Of a DNA stretch of 64,000 bases, positions 18,961 through 29,013 are shown one piece after another. Source of the stretch: Bacteroidota bacterium (GTDB lineage Bacteria > Bacteroidota > Bacteroidia > NS11-12g > UBA955); assembly GCA_041192805.1 (NCBI GenBank), contig JBEEMF010000101.1:8096-72095 (forward strand). Direction: 5' to 3'. How positions within the stretch are numbered: the stretch's first letter is position 1; every line of letters starts with the position of its first letter. Under the pieces are notes generated by a model. The model saw only the letters and a list, made by a program, of their open reading frames with translations. It was not told the origin of the DNA and ran no database searches. The translations under genes and the position numbers were made by a program.

Positions 18961-20076
18961 ATGGGGGTGGATAAAAATATGGGGAATGACAATAATCATT
19001 CTATCATTGCCAGCCAAGCGCTGCGCGCTTGGCTGGCCGACATCTTTCTGAGATTAAAATTCTCGGAAGAGCATGCTCATTTAGCCACGGATGTATTACT
19101 CATGGCGGATTTGCGCGGCATCGACAGTCATGGCGTGGCCCGTTTGAGCGGTTACATCCGATTGATTGAGGCAGGTAGAATCAACCCCACCCCTAATTTA
19201 CAATTCACACAGCGCAAACGGGCCACCGGTCATCTCGATGCCGATGCCGCAATAGGCCTGATTTCCGCGCCTTTTGCCATGCAAAAGGCGCTGGAAATGA
19301 CCCACGAATGTGGTTCTGGTTGGGTGGGAATATCAAATTCTAACCACTTCGGAATCGCAGCCTATCACGCCATGATGGCACTGCCACACAGTTATATTGG
19401 CTTCTCAACCACCAACGCCTCTCCCCTCGTTACTCCAGCCGGTGGCGCTGAACGTATGCTTGGAACTAACCCCATTTGCGTTGCCATCCCAGCCGGAAAA
19501 GAACTCCCCTTCGTCATGGACATGGCCACCTCAGCCGCAGCCAACGGCAAATTAGAAATCGCGGAACGCGTAAATAAACCCATTCCAAAAGGATGGGCGC
19601 TCACCAAAGATGGCAAAAATACCCAAGATGCGGCAGCCCTAAAACAAGGTGGCTTACTTCTGCCCTTAGGTTCCGATGCCGACCACGGCTATCACAAAGG
19701 ATATGGATTGGGCGCTTGGGTAGATATTTTCTCTGGCGTACTCAATGGCGCCAATTTTGGTCCATGGGTTCCCCCATTCGTTAGTTTCCTTCAACCCCGA
19801 GCCGATCAACCCGGAAAAGGATTGGGTCATTTTGTCGGCTGCTGGGACGTAGACGGATTCAGAGACCTTCAAGAGTTTCAAAACGATATGGATCTTTGGA
19901 TTCAACGATTCAAAGCCACTCAACCTGCCCAGGGCGTAGAACGTGTGATGATTCCCGGAGAACCCGAACATCATCAATCCGAATACAGAAAAATCAATGG
20001 AATCCCCTTGGTCGATGCTGTAGTTCAAGACCTTATTAATGTCGGCAAACAATTACAACACCCCTTCAACCCCTAA
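18961..20076 (+). CDS. Ldh_2 family (malate/L-lactate/ureidoglycolate dehydrogenase-like) oxidoreductase
   Basis: ADLRGIDSHG, NSNHFG, GTNPI, DMATS, HKGYGL and IPGEPE. Confidence 0.9.
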   Translation: MGVDKNMGNDNNHSIIASQALRAWLADIFLRLKFSEEHAHLATDVLLMADLRGIDSHGVARLSGYIRLIEAGRINPTPNLQFTQRKRATGHLDADAAIGLISAPFAMQKALEMTHECGSGWVGISNSNHFGIAAYHAMMALPHSYIGFSTTNASPLVTPAGGAERMLGTNPICVAIPAGKELPFVMDMATSAAANGKLEIAERVNKPIPKGWALTKDGKNTQDAAALKQGGLLLPLGSDADHGYHKGYGLGAWVDIFSGVLNGANFGPWVPPFVSFLQPRADQPGKGLGHFVGCWDVDGFRDLQEFQNDMDLWIQRFKATQPAQGVERVMIPGEPEHHQSEYRKINGIPLVDAVVQDLINVGKQLQHPFNP

Positions 20077-20077
20077 A

Positions 20078-20311
20078 ATGAATAAGCAGCAAAAAATCAA
20101 ACTTACCGTAGCGATTGCCTTTTTTATGCTCATCACCGGAATGAGTATCGTTGCCTACATCAAAATCTTAAAGCCCATTCGCGATACACGCAGCGAACGG
20201 ACGGGGAAATTTACGTTAAAGGGAAAGTACAAAACCCAGTACAACCCCGACATCATGGATAGTATCGAAACCAAAACAAAAGCTCGATACAAGCAGGAGC
20301 CTGCAAAATAG
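20078..20311 (+). CDS. Small single-TM hypothetical protein
   Basis: ATG 1 nt after the upstream stop; MNKQQKIK followed by a hydrophobic helix. Confidence 0.6.
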   Translation: MNKQQKIKLTVAIAFFMLITGMSIVAYIKILKPIRDTRSERTGKFTLKGKYKTQYNPDIMDSIETKTKARYKQEPAK

Positions 20312-20332
20312 CCTTTACGCAAATTGCTGATA

Positions 20333-21664
20333 TTATTGATGGTCGGCGAATAACGTTTCCACGAAAGCGCGATCATCGAGTTTCTCTTCCCACTTGTTCT
20401 GAATAATCGACTCTAAAACGCGATCGTTCAATTCACCATAAGCCAGAGCTTCCGCATAATCACGGGTTGAAAACGTCACTCGCTCATATTGCGAAACAAA
20501 CAGGTCTGGGTGTTTTTCCGATAACATATGCTCTACCTTCTTTTTGTGTAAAAACGCATCGCTACCCACCAAATCGCGCATCTCAACAAAATTCTGTAAC
20601 GCCAAATTAGCGATGGCATCCGCATTCGGTTTACGCAACTTCTGATATGCATCCAACACCGAACCCCATTCGCCACCCAATTCTTCAATGCACTCATCCA
20701 ACACAACGCAATCTTCAAAAGAACAATTCATCCCTTGTCCGTAAAATGGCACAACAGCGTGAGCGCTATCGCCCATCAATGCATTGTTGCCCCTAACCCA
20801 AGGATAACAGCGCATCGTGGCCAAAACACCCGTGGGGTTATTCATATAATCGTCTACTAAACCTGGCATCATCGACATTGCATCGGGGAAGTGTAATTGA
20901 AAAAACGCGGTAATTTCCTCAGGGGTAGTTAACTGATCGATTCCCGGATTTCCATCGAACGGCATGAACAAAGTGCAAGTAAAATTGCCGCCTGGATTAG
21001 GTAAAGCAATCATCATGAAGCTCTGACGAGGCCAAATATGCAAGCAATTTTTATCCAACTGAAAATCACCATTGGCATTGGGAACGATTTCCAATTCTTT
21101 GTATCCATAATTCTCATAGGTTTGAGAAAAATTGAATCTCGAAGTCCGCTGCATCGCATCGCGCAAGGCACTAAAGGCACCGTCGGTACCCAAAACTACA
21201 TCTGCCTTGTCTACGATGGTCTCCCCGTGCTCATTAACATACGTCGTTTCGCAAGTTTCCAAATTGGTTGACACGCATTTGCAATTGAAAAACATGTGAA
21301 TATTGGGATATTGATCCGCCAATTGAAGCAATTTGATATTTAATTGACCTCTAGAAACGCTGTAAATTGCTTGGCCGTCCTTTCCATAGGGTTGATATTT
21401 CAAAGCACCATCCACCGAATGCATCATGCGACCGGTCATTGGAATAGAAATATCCAACACATCTTGATCCAGCCCCACCTTGGCCAAACCACGCAAACCA
21501 CGGGTAGAAAGCGCCAAGTTGATACTTCTTCCGCCTTGGTAATTTCCAGCGCGCATATCGCCGCGACGTTCGTAGATGTATACGTCATAGCCCCGCTTGG
21601 CCAAATAGATCGACATAAGACTTCCAGCCAATCCACCACCCACGAGAGTTACTTTTTCTGTCAT
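20333..21664 (-). CDS. kmo: Kynurenine 3-monooxygenase
   Basis: GGGLAG, GRSINLALSTRG, YKEL, LHIWPR, MIALPN..G.FTCTLF and GDSAHAVVPFYGQGMN. Confidence 0.93.
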   Translation of the reverse strand: MTEKVTLVGGGLAGSLMSIYLAKRGYDVYIYERRGDMRAGNYQGGRSINLALSTRGLRGLAKVGLDQDVLDISIPMTGRMMHSVDGALKYQPYGKDGQAIYSVSRGQLNIKLLQLADQYPNIHMFFNCKCVSTNLETCETTYVNEHGETIVDKADVVLGTDGAFSALRDAMQRTSRFNFSQTYENYGYKELEIVPNANGDFQLDKNCLHIWPRQSFMMIALPNPGGNFTCTLFMPFDGNPGIDQLTTPEEITAFFQLHFPDAMSMMPGLVDDYMNNPTGVLATMRCYPWVRGNNALMGDSAHAVVPFYGQGMNCSFEDCVVLDECIEELGGEWGSVLDAYQKLRKPNADAIANLALQNFVEMRDLVGSDAFLHKKKVEHMLSEKHPDLFVSQYERVTFSTRDYAEALAYGELNDRVLESIIQNKWEEKLDDRAFVETLFADHQ

Positions 21665-21728
21665 ATGCTACAAATTTAATCCATGTTGGGTTGTGAAAAC
21701 ATGTCAAAAGTCACAACTTTGCTTCGCG

Positions 21729-22376
21729 ATGCACTTTTTTACGGTTCCTTCCACAATTCAATGGCTCATTCCCTCCTGTACTTGGCGGAAAGAAGGACAA
21801 GGAAAAGTTATTTATTTGACCTTCGACGATGGCCCAAACCCCGAAATCACGGCCTGGGTGATGGATGAATTAAAAAAACATCAAATCAAAGCGACCTTTT
21901 TCTGCGTTGGCGACAATTTGAGAAAGTTCCCAGAGATTGCAAAGAGATTATTGACGGAAGGGCATCAAATTGGGAATCACACGATGCATCATATTAAAGG
22001 ATGGAAGTACAACAACGACGATTACCTAGAGGATGTTGAAAATTGTGAGAAGGAAATTCGCAAAATTCAAGAGCAATTTGAAAATAAAACAGCTCAACCC
22101 CGATTATTCCGTCCGCCCTACGGTCAAATCAAGCCATCGCAGATCAAACTCTTACGAGAAAGAGGCTACGAAATCATCCAATGGAGTGATTTAAGTTGCG
22201 ACTACGACAAGCATTTGAATTATGAAAAGAGCTTATCGGCCCTGGTAAAAAATGCAAAACCCGGCAGCATTGTGGTATTCCACGACAGTGAAAAGGCCGA
22301 GCATCAATTAAAACAAATACTCCCAAGTTATTTGGAAGCCATGTTGGCGGAAGGTTTTACCTTTGAAACTCTATAA
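21729..22376 (+). CDS. Polysaccharide deacetylase (CE4/NodB)
   Basis: TFDDGP, ATFFCVG, GNHTMHH, FRPPYG and IVVFHDS. Confidence 0.92.
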   Translation: MHFFTVPSTIQWLIPSCTWRKEGQGKVIYLTFDDGPNPEITAWVMDELKKHQIKATFFCVGDNLRKFPEIAKRLLTEGHQIGNHTMHHIKGWKYNNDDYLEDVENCEKEIRKIQEQFENKTAQPRLFRPPYGQIKPSQIKLLRERGYEIIQWSDLSCDYDKHLNYEKSLSALVKNAKPGSIVVFHDSEKAEHQLKQILPSYLEAMLAEGFTFETL

Positions 22377-22498
22377 TTACAATGACCAGGATTTGGCAAT
22401 GGTTATACGTTTTACACCCCCATTCATTTTTGATTGGGGCGGCCTACGATTCAAAATAAACCGTTTGGAAAGGTCGCAAATACTGACATTTATCATAT

Positions 22499-22567
22499 TA
22501 TTTGAAATCTTTCTACATTATATTTGTAATCTTTCTAAATAAGCATAGTTTTGCGTAACATTTAGAA
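22499..22567 (+). promoter_or_regulatory. TonB receptor promoter with tandem operator-like repeats (possible Fur-type boxes)
   Basis: 22-bp direct repeat at 22499-22520 and 22521-22542 (19/22 identical), -7 element TAGTTTTG at 22546-22553, inverted half-site ATTTAGAA at 22560-22567. Confidence 0.55.
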
Positions 22568-22580
22568 TCATTACATCCAA

Positions 22581-24857
22581 ATGAATCGAATTACTCCATC
22601 TCGCCGCGCTTTCTACTGTCTGATATTTCTTATTGCTTCGATTTTCCCGACGCATGTTCAGGCTCAGATGGATACCAACCAACACATTGAATATCTATCC
22701 GAAATCAATCTCGTTGGTAAGGGTCAGCAACGCGATGTAATGATGTTACCCGAAATTGTTGGCACTAAAATCAATGCGGGCAAGAAAAATAGTTTGGTTG
22801 TATTAGATCAAGTCAATAATGTGGTTGTCAATAATTCGATGCGACAGATCCTGGCAAAAGTGCCCGGAATTCAGATTTGGGAAAGCGATGGTTCAGGCAT
22901 TCAAATTGGTATTGCTAACCGGGGTTTGAGCCCAAACAGAAGCTGGGAATTCAACATCCGACAGAATGGCGCTGATATTTCAGCCGATCCCTTTGGTTAC
23001 CCTGAGGCATATTACAATCCTCAAATGCAAGCGGTGCAGAGAATCCAGATCATTCGTGGGGCGGGAGCGCTGCAATACGGACCTCAATTTGGCGGCATGA
23101 TAAATTACATCATGAAAGATGGCAGCAATTTCAGCAAACCATTGCAATTAGAATGCAATCAAACCGTTGGCAGTTTTGGGTTAATGAATTCATTTGTTGG
23201 CATCGGTGGAAAAAGAAAAAAGGGCTACTACTATACGTTTTTTGATCGCAGGAGTGCCGATGGCTACAGAAGTAATAGTCAGTATCAAACCCAAACGATG
23301 TATGGCTCAGCAACCTATCTTCTCAGTAAGAAAACAACACTTACGGCCGACTACATGCGATACAACATGGAAAGTCAGCAACCCGGAGGCATCACGGACA
23401 AGGAACTATATAATGGTATTGGCGCAACAGTAAGTCATCGCAGTAGAAACTGGTTTTCAACGCCTTGGAATACCGTAAATGTGAAAATCAATCACGAATT
23501 ATCACAATCAAGCAGAATTCAATTGCTCATTTTTGGCATGTCGGCCATTAGGCACAGCGTTGGCAACATCGCTGGCATTTTGATTCCCGACACCATCAAT
23601 AAGCTCACAGGACAATATTCAGAGCGCGATTTATCGACAGACAAGTATAAAAACGTAGGGGCTGAAATATCTTATTTGAAACATTACCGTATTTTGGGAG
23701 TAAGACAAACGATAAGTACTGGGATGCGGGTTTTTCGTGGCCAAACCGAACGCTTTCAAAAAGGCATCGGAAGTACTGGAGTTGATGCAAATTACAGTAC
23801 TGCACTTCCTTTCCCTGTCGAACTTAAATTCAACACATTAAACATCGCGTGGTTTGCCGAACAAATCGTAAGGGTAAATTCTAGGTTAATCATCATCCCC
23901 GGCATCCGATTGGAGTCGATTCAATCAACGGTTGCGGGCCGTCTTGGATTTGCCAGTTCCGGCGAGGTAATCCCTGTGCAAGCGAGTCCATTTGGTAGGA
24001 AATTCCTCCTCGGTGGTATGTCGGCCGAATATCATTTAAAAAATGGAATTGAAATTTATGGGAACTTAACCCAAAATTACAGGCCAGCTCTATTCACCGA
24101 CCTACAAGCGATGCCTAGCACGGAGCAAATCGACCCGAATTTAAAGGATGCTACGGGCAGCAACAACGACCTTGGTATTCGAGGTAGACGAGGCAATTGG
24201 TTGTATTTTGATGGGAGTTTATTCGTGCTTCAGTACAACAACCGAATTGGCAGAATTACCAGAATCAACGAACTAGGAAATGCGGTGACGGTAAAAACGA
24301 ATGTCGGCAACAGTATTAGCACTGGCATCGAAGGGATTCTTGATATTGATTGGGTGAAAAAACTCAAACCAAATGGCAATTGGGGTTTGCCGATTTATGT
24401 TTCGTATGCGCTAACCAATGCCAAATACGGGGATTACAACATCACGGTAAAAAACACATCTGGGAAATATGAGACCTCGAATTTAAAGGGGAATTGGGTT
24501 GAAAATGCACCTCGACACATTTTGCGCGCGGGGATGGGATTCCAACTCAAATCAAAATCTAATCCCGCGCGCCAAATCCTAAATCAAATTCAGTGGAGCT
24601 ATGTTTCGGGTTGCTATTCAGATGCGAACAACACCATAATACCATTATCAACTGGCGTGAACGGCTACATCCCCGAATACCACATTTTTGATTGGAATAC
24701 TACCCTATCGGTGAATCAAAAGATTCAGATTAAGTTCAGCATCAACAACTTGATGAATAGAAGCTATTTCACCCGTCGTTCCGGAGGATATCCAGGTCCA
24801 GGACTACTCCCATCTGATGGACGGAGCATCTTGTGCAGTGTAAATATCGCGCTTTAA
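22581..24857 (+). CDS. TonB-dependent receptor (FecA-like, probable iron uptake)
   Basis: Plug motifs LAKVPGI, RGLSPNRS, RIQIIRGAGALQYG..GG.INY; C-terminal INNLMNRSYFTRR..YPGPG. Confidence 0.9.
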   Translation: MNRITPSRRAFYCLIFLIASIFPTHVQAQMDTNQHIEYLSEINLVGKGQQRDVMMLPEIVGTKINAGKKNSLVVLDQVNNVVVNNSMRQILAKVPGIQIWESDGSGIQIGIANRGLSPNRSWEFNIRQNGADISADPFGYPEAYYNPQMQAVQRIQIIRGAGALQYGPQFGGMINYIMKDGSNFSKPLQLECNQTVGSFGLMNSFVGIGGKRKKGYYYTFFDRRSADGYRSNSQYQTQTMYGSATYLLSKKTTLTADYMRYNMESQQPGGITDKELYNGIGATVSHRSRNWFSTPWNTVNVKINHELSQSSRIQLLIFGMSAIRHSVGNIAGILIPDTINKLTGQYSERDLSTDKYKNVGAEISYLKHYRILGVRQTISTGMRVFRGQTERFQKGIGSTGVDANYSTALPFPVELKFNTLNIAWFAEQIVRVNSRLIIIPGIRLESIQSTVAGRLGFASSGEVIPVQASPFGRKFLLGGMSAEYHLKNGIEIYGNLTQNYRPALFTDLQAMPSTEQIDPNLKDATGSNNDLGIRGRRGNWLYFDGSLFVLQYNNRIGRITRINELGNAVTVKTNVGNSISTGIEGILDIDWVKKLKPNGNWGLPIYVSYALTNAKYGDYNITVKNTSGKYETSNLKGNWVENAPRHILRAGMGFQLKSKSNPARQILNQIQWSYVSGCYSDANNTIIPLSTGVNGYIPEYHIFDWNTTLSVNQKIQIKFSINNLMNRSYFTRRSGGYPGPGLLPSDGRSILCSVNIAL

Positions 24858-24909
24858 TCCGTTTTCCAAATTGCGTTGATCACTGCAGTAAATTACCAGC
24901 AAGAACCCG

Positions 24910-26250
24910 TTACGCCTTTTCTAGACCCCAATGAGATTTCAATTTATCCGACCACAAATCGGCATGGGTAGAAATATTAGCTTGCAAATCTGCCATCATA
25001 CTGTAAATTCCAAAATACGTACGATTAACATACAAAGCGTGTTTACTGCCTCTGGGTTGAGTTGGGCGTTTCACTTCTGGAATTTGATAGATTTCCTCAC
25101 CCTTGGCATATATTTCATCAATAAATTCATGGGTGAATTGGAAGTTCTCTGTTTCAAATGGCCTACTCAACAAAGCTGTCATTTCTAAAAATGCCGTTTG
25201 CAATTCAACCTTTACCGCAGGAGAATCCTGGGGGAAAATAATCTCAATGTGGCTTAACAACTGATCTACCACCGCTTGATTATTTCTAATTTCGGGCACC
25301 AACAAAGGGAAATAGTGGTAATAGAAATCCTCAGGCACCACTTTCACACAACCAAAATCTATCACTCCTACTCTCCCATCTTTCTGCAAAAGAAAGTTTC
25401 CGGGATGCGGATCAGCGTGAATTGCCAGGGCAGTATGTAATTGATGGTTGTAGAAATCCCAAAGTGCTTGTGCTATGCGATTCTTTACCTCTTGAGAAGG
25501 CTTTTTATCCAAAAACTCTTTGAGGTGATCACCTTCCAGCCAATCCATCACCAATACCTTTGGACTGCTATATTCTGGATAGTATACAGGGAAAAATATG
25601 TCAGGAATATTCGTACAAGTGGTTGATATTTCTTGAGATCGCTGCAATTCAAGGGTATAATTGGTCTCTTCCAAAAGTTTATCTTCCACTTCTTGGAAAT
25701 ACTTCTTCATCTCCTTTTCTGGCAACCCGAACATTGCATTGGCTACGGGTTTCACCATCCGCAAATCACTTTGAATACTATTTGAGATACCAGGATATTG
25801 AACCTTTACGGCCAATGTTTTGCCATCTTTTTGTGCTTTGTGTACCTGACCGATACTTGCTGCAGCTGTACATTGCGTTTCAAACTGATCAAAGACATCG
25901 AAGGGCGATTTGCCCACTGATTTTTGAAAAGTTCTAACAACTAGCGGACCAGACATTGGTGGTGCAGAATACTGCGACATAGCAAATTTGTCGGTATAAG
26001 CTCTTGGCAATAGATTTTTATCCATGCTCAGCATTTGAGCTACTTTGAGCGCACTGCCTTTGAGCTGACTCAGCGATTGATAAATATCATTCGCATTGTC
26101 TGTATGTAATTCTTCCTTTGTGGTATCTGAATTGATGGTCTTCTTGGCGTAATACTTAAGATAATTCCCACCAACCTTTGCACCTGCCCCCACTAATTTC
26201 ATTGCCCGCCCCATTTTGGAGGTGGGGATATTGTCTTGGGTTTCTATCAT
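24910..26250 (-). CDS. ABC1/AarF/UbiB atypical protein kinase family protein
   Basis: LKGSALKVAQ, AASIGQVH, AVKVQYPG, HADPHPGNF and DFGC. Confidence 0.92.
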   Translation of the reverse strand: MIETQDNIPTSKMGRAMKLVGAGAKVGGNYLKYYAKKTINSDTTKEELHTDNANDIYQSLSQLKGSALKVAQMLSMDKNLLPRAYTDKFAMSQYSAPPMSGPLVVRTFQKSVGKSPFDVFDQFETQCTAAASIGQVHKAQKDGKTLAVKVQYPGISNSIQSDLRMVKPVANAMFGLPEKEMKKYFQEVEDKLLEETNYTLELQRSQEISTTCTNIPDIFFPVYYPEYSSPKVLVMDWLEGDHLKEFLDKKPSQEVKNRIAQALWDFYNHQLHTALAIHADPHPGNFLLQKDGRVGVIDFGCVKVVPEDFYYHYFPLLVPEIRNNQAVVDQLLSHIEIIFPQDSPAVKVELQTAFLEMTALLSRPFETENFQFTHEFIDEIYAKGEEIYQIPEVKRPTQPRGSKHALYVNRTYFGIYSMMADLQANISTHADLWSDKLKSHWGLEKA

Positions 26251-26876
26251 CGTTGAAATCCTTGAATCAAGAATTTGCCAAAATCAAATAATTTGTCGAC
26301 TGCATTCCTGCCTACAAAATCCATCGTCAATTGAACGGATTTCTCAATACACGCATCGGTTCGCTCAAAATCTGTAGAATCATCTTTTAGCCAAAAATGT
26401 AACACAAAGGCCAAATTCATCCCTATTGCCTCCACATTCAACTTTGATATCACTTTCCGATCTGGGATTTCCCCCAAATTACTCGCTGCGTTCAGCATCG
26501 GAGAAACTGTATTCTGGAAAGCCTCTCTAAGAGCCATAAGTCCTTTCATATGGTCCATAGGGTTCTTCCAATCTTTAAATTTCCAAAGCAAATAACTTCT
26601 GATATCGCGCAAGCTTTCAATAAAAGCAAAATGCAAGGTCAACATCTTTTCGGTGATACCATAAGTTTCGAACTGTTCATCTTGAGCAAACTTCTCAGCA
26701 ACCTCTTGCCAACGAATCACTAGGACAGACTCCTCAACCTTTTCTAAACTACCAAAATGATGATAAAATTCAGTTTCTGCAATTTCTAAATGCTCGCATA
26801 ACTGAAATACATTGGCCGGTGCATGCCCCATTTTAAGGCAGTATTTTACATACTCGGAAACAATTTGATTTTTCAT
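26247..26876 (-). CDS. TetR-family transcriptional regulator (Bacteroidota type)
   Basis: N-terminal HTH (IAETEFYHHFGSL); FWLKDDS.DFERTD..IEKS..LFDFGKFL; ATGA overlap with the ABC1 gene. Confidence 0.82.
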   Translation of the reverse strand: MKNQIVSEYVKYCLKMGHAPANVFQLCEHLEIAETEFYHHFGSLEKVEESVLVIRWQEVAEKFAQDEQFETYGITEKMLTLHFAFIESLRDIRSYLLWKFKDWKNPMDHMKGLMALREAFQNTVSPMLNAASNLGEIPDRKVISKLNVEAIGMNLAFVLHFWLKDDSTDFERTDACIEKSVQLTMDFVGRNAVDKLFDFGKFLIQGFQR

Positions 26877-26959
26877 GTGTCTTACTTGTATAACAAACAA
26901 GATAACTGCTTGAAAGTTTTGGTTTTTATTTGATTGGTTCTGTGTTATTTTGCATGTTC

Positions 26960-27634
26960 ATGACAATCCTTCAAGACGATTATAATACCCAAAGGCCCTT
27001 ATTGGGAATTTCCGAATATGGCCGTCATGTGCAAGAGTACATCGAACACATAAAATCCTTACCTAGCAAGGAAGAACGCACCTCTTGGGTACATAATTTG
27101 GCCGGCATCATGGCCACGCTAAACCCTGACATCAAACTGCAAGTCAATTACAAAGAAATTTTGTGGGGTCATATTTTTCAGATGGCCGACTATGAATTGG
27201 ATGTCGATTGCCCCTACGAAATCGTACAAGTAAAGCAGGAATTTAAAAAACCTCAGCACTTGGGCTACAATGTGAGTGGCATTCGCTTTAGATTTTACGG
27301 TAGAAACCTTCAGATGATGATCGACAAGGCCGGTGAAATGGAGGATGGTGAATTGAAGCAGGATTTAGTCAATATGATTGCGTCGTTCATGTACAATTCT
27401 TGCAAAGCTTGGAACAACGAAAACCTTAGTAATGAAGTCATTGCGGAACATTTAACAACCTTATCCAAGGGTCAGTTAAAGATCGATGGATCGGAATTGG
27501 TTGTAAGTGCTGATACTACAGTAAATGTTCGTCGTCCTATGCCCCAGAAAACCAACAACTTCGGGCGCAATAACAACAATAACAACAAGAATAAAAACAA
27601 TAAAACCCGCGGAAAAAACTTCCGAAGATTCTAA
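26960..27634 (+). CDS. DUF4290 domain protein
   Basis: YNTQRP.L..EYGRHVQ, LW.H.F.MADY.LDVD.PY and RFYG; directly upstream of murA. Confidence 0.85.
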   Translation: MTILQDDYNTQRPLLGISEYGRHVQEYIEHIKSLPSKEERTSWVHNLAGIMATLNPDIKLQVNYKEILWGHIFQMADYELDVDCPYEIVQVKQEFKKPQHLGYNVSGIRFRFYGRNLQMMIDKAGEMEDGELKQDLVNMIASFMYNSCKAWNNENLSNEVIAEHLTTLSKGQLKIDGSELVVSADTTVNVRRPMPQKTNNFGRNNNNNNKNKNNKTRGKNFRRF

Positions 27635-27643
27635 TAACTCACT

Positions 27644-28951
27644 ATGGCAATTTTTGAAATCGAGGGCGGTCACAAACTCAAAGGCGAAATCATCCCACAG
27701 GGTGCAAAAAACGAAGCGCTTCAGGTGGTTTGCGCAGTATTGCTTACTCCAGAACCCATTACAATTACCAACATCCCCGAAATCAGGGACGTACTTAAAC
27801 TCATTGAGCTGCTGCAGAGTCTAGGTGTGAAAGTAACCCGAAATGAAAGAGGGTCTTTTACTTTTGTTGCCAAGGACATCGATCTAGAATTCCTCAATAG
27901 TGAAGATTTCAAGAAACAGGGCGCCGCACTTCGCGGCTCCATCATGATCGTTGGCCCATTGTTATCGCGCTTTGGACGTGGTTATATTCCATCGCCCGGG
28001 GGCGACAAAATAGGTCGTAGACGCTTAGACACCCATTTTGAAGGATTTATCAATTTGGGTGCAAAATTCGAATTCCAAGCAGACAATAATTTCTACAAAG
28101 TATCCGCCGAAAAGTTAAAAGGTTGTTATATGCTGTTGGATGAGGCTTCGGTTACGGGAACTGCTAACATTTTGATGGCAGCTGTCTTGGCTGAAGGAAT
28201 CACCACCATTTACAATGCCGCTTGCGAGCCTTACCTGCAACAACTTTGTTTGATGCTAAATCGCATGGGCGCCAAAATCACCGGCATCGGCTCAAATCAA
28301 CTCACCATCGAAGGGGTTACCACACTCAATGGATGCGAACACCGTTGCTTGCCGGATATGATCGAAATCGGCAGTTTCATTGGCATGGCGGCTATCACGC
28401 AGAGTGAAATCACTTTAAAGGGCTGTCGGATTGATATGCTAGGCATCATCCCCAAAATGTTCCAACGATTGGGGGTGAAATTGGAAATCCGCGGCGACGA
28501 TATTTATATCCCTGCCATGGACCATTACGAAATTGATACTTTTATTGATGGCTCAATACTCACCGTTTCTGACCAAATTTGGCCAGGTTTTACCCCCGAT
28601 TTGATTTCAATTGCCTTGGTTACGGCAACGCAAGCGCGAGGTACTGTTTTGATTCATCAAAAGATGTTTGAAAGTCGTTTGTTTTTCGTCGACAATCTAA
28701 TCGATATGGGCGCTCAAATCATTCTTTGCGACCCTCACCGTTGCACTGTAATTGGTTTGGACCGCAGAACCCAGCTCAAAGGCATTACGATGAGTTCTCC
28801 CGACATTAGAGCGGGTGTGGCTCTACTTATCGCTGCGATGAGCGCAAAAGGCAAGAGCACGATTAAAAACATCGAACAGATTGATCGTGGTTATGAGCGC
28901 ATCGAAGAAAGACTGAATGCTTTGGGTGCGAAGATTACCCGCATCGATTAA
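27644..28951 (+). CDS. murA: UDP-N-acetylglucosamine 1-carboxyvinyltransferase (Asp-type active site, PGGDKIG)
   Basis: GAKNEALQ, PGGDKIGRR, SVTGT, WPGFTPD, DIRAG and IDRGY. Confidence 0.96.
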   Translation: MAIFEIEGGHKLKGEIIPQGAKNEALQVVCAVLLTPEPITITNIPEIRDVLKLIELLQSLGVKVTRNERGSFTFVAKDIDLEFLNSEDFKKQGAALRGSIMIVGPLLSRFGRGYIPSPGGDKIGRRRLDTHFEGFINLGAKFEFQADNNFYKVSAEKLKGCYMLLDEASVTGTANILMAAVLAEGITTIYNAACEPYLQQLCLMLNRMGAKITGIGSNQLTIEGVTTLNGCEHRCLPDMIEIGSFIGMAAITQSEITLKGCRIDMLGIIPKMFQRLGVKLEIRGDDIYIPAMDHYEIDTFIDGSILTVSDQIWPGFTPDLISIALVTATQARGTVLIHQKMFESRLFFVDNLIDMGAQIILCDPHRCTVIGLDRRTQLKGITMSSPDIRAGVALLIAAMSAKGKSTIKNIEQIDRGYERIEERLNALGAKITRID

Positions 28952-29013
28952 AGATAGTCATTTTGTCGATTGTCAACTTGCATTCCAACTCCTGAAATCA
29001 CTAAATCAGACCT

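Noticed and set aside
18958-18990. Short direct repeat AATATGGGG at the start of the Ldh_2 gene
   Set aside because: A 9-bp duplication that only makes the start codon ambiguous, with no evidence of an insertion element.
22377-22498. Riboswitch (e.g. cobalamin) upstream of the TonB receptor
   Set aside because: Only a weak CCCC...GGGG hairpin is present, with no recognisable B12 box, and it lies upstream of the inferred promoter.
26886-26896. TTGTATAACAA as a TetR auto-operator
   Set aside because: The arms are only 4 bp in AT-rich DNA, which is too weak to call.
27644-28951. Acquired fosfomycin resistance (Cys-to-Asp MurA)
   Set aside because: The PGGD variant is the usual form in Bacteroidota, so it is intrinsic and not novel.
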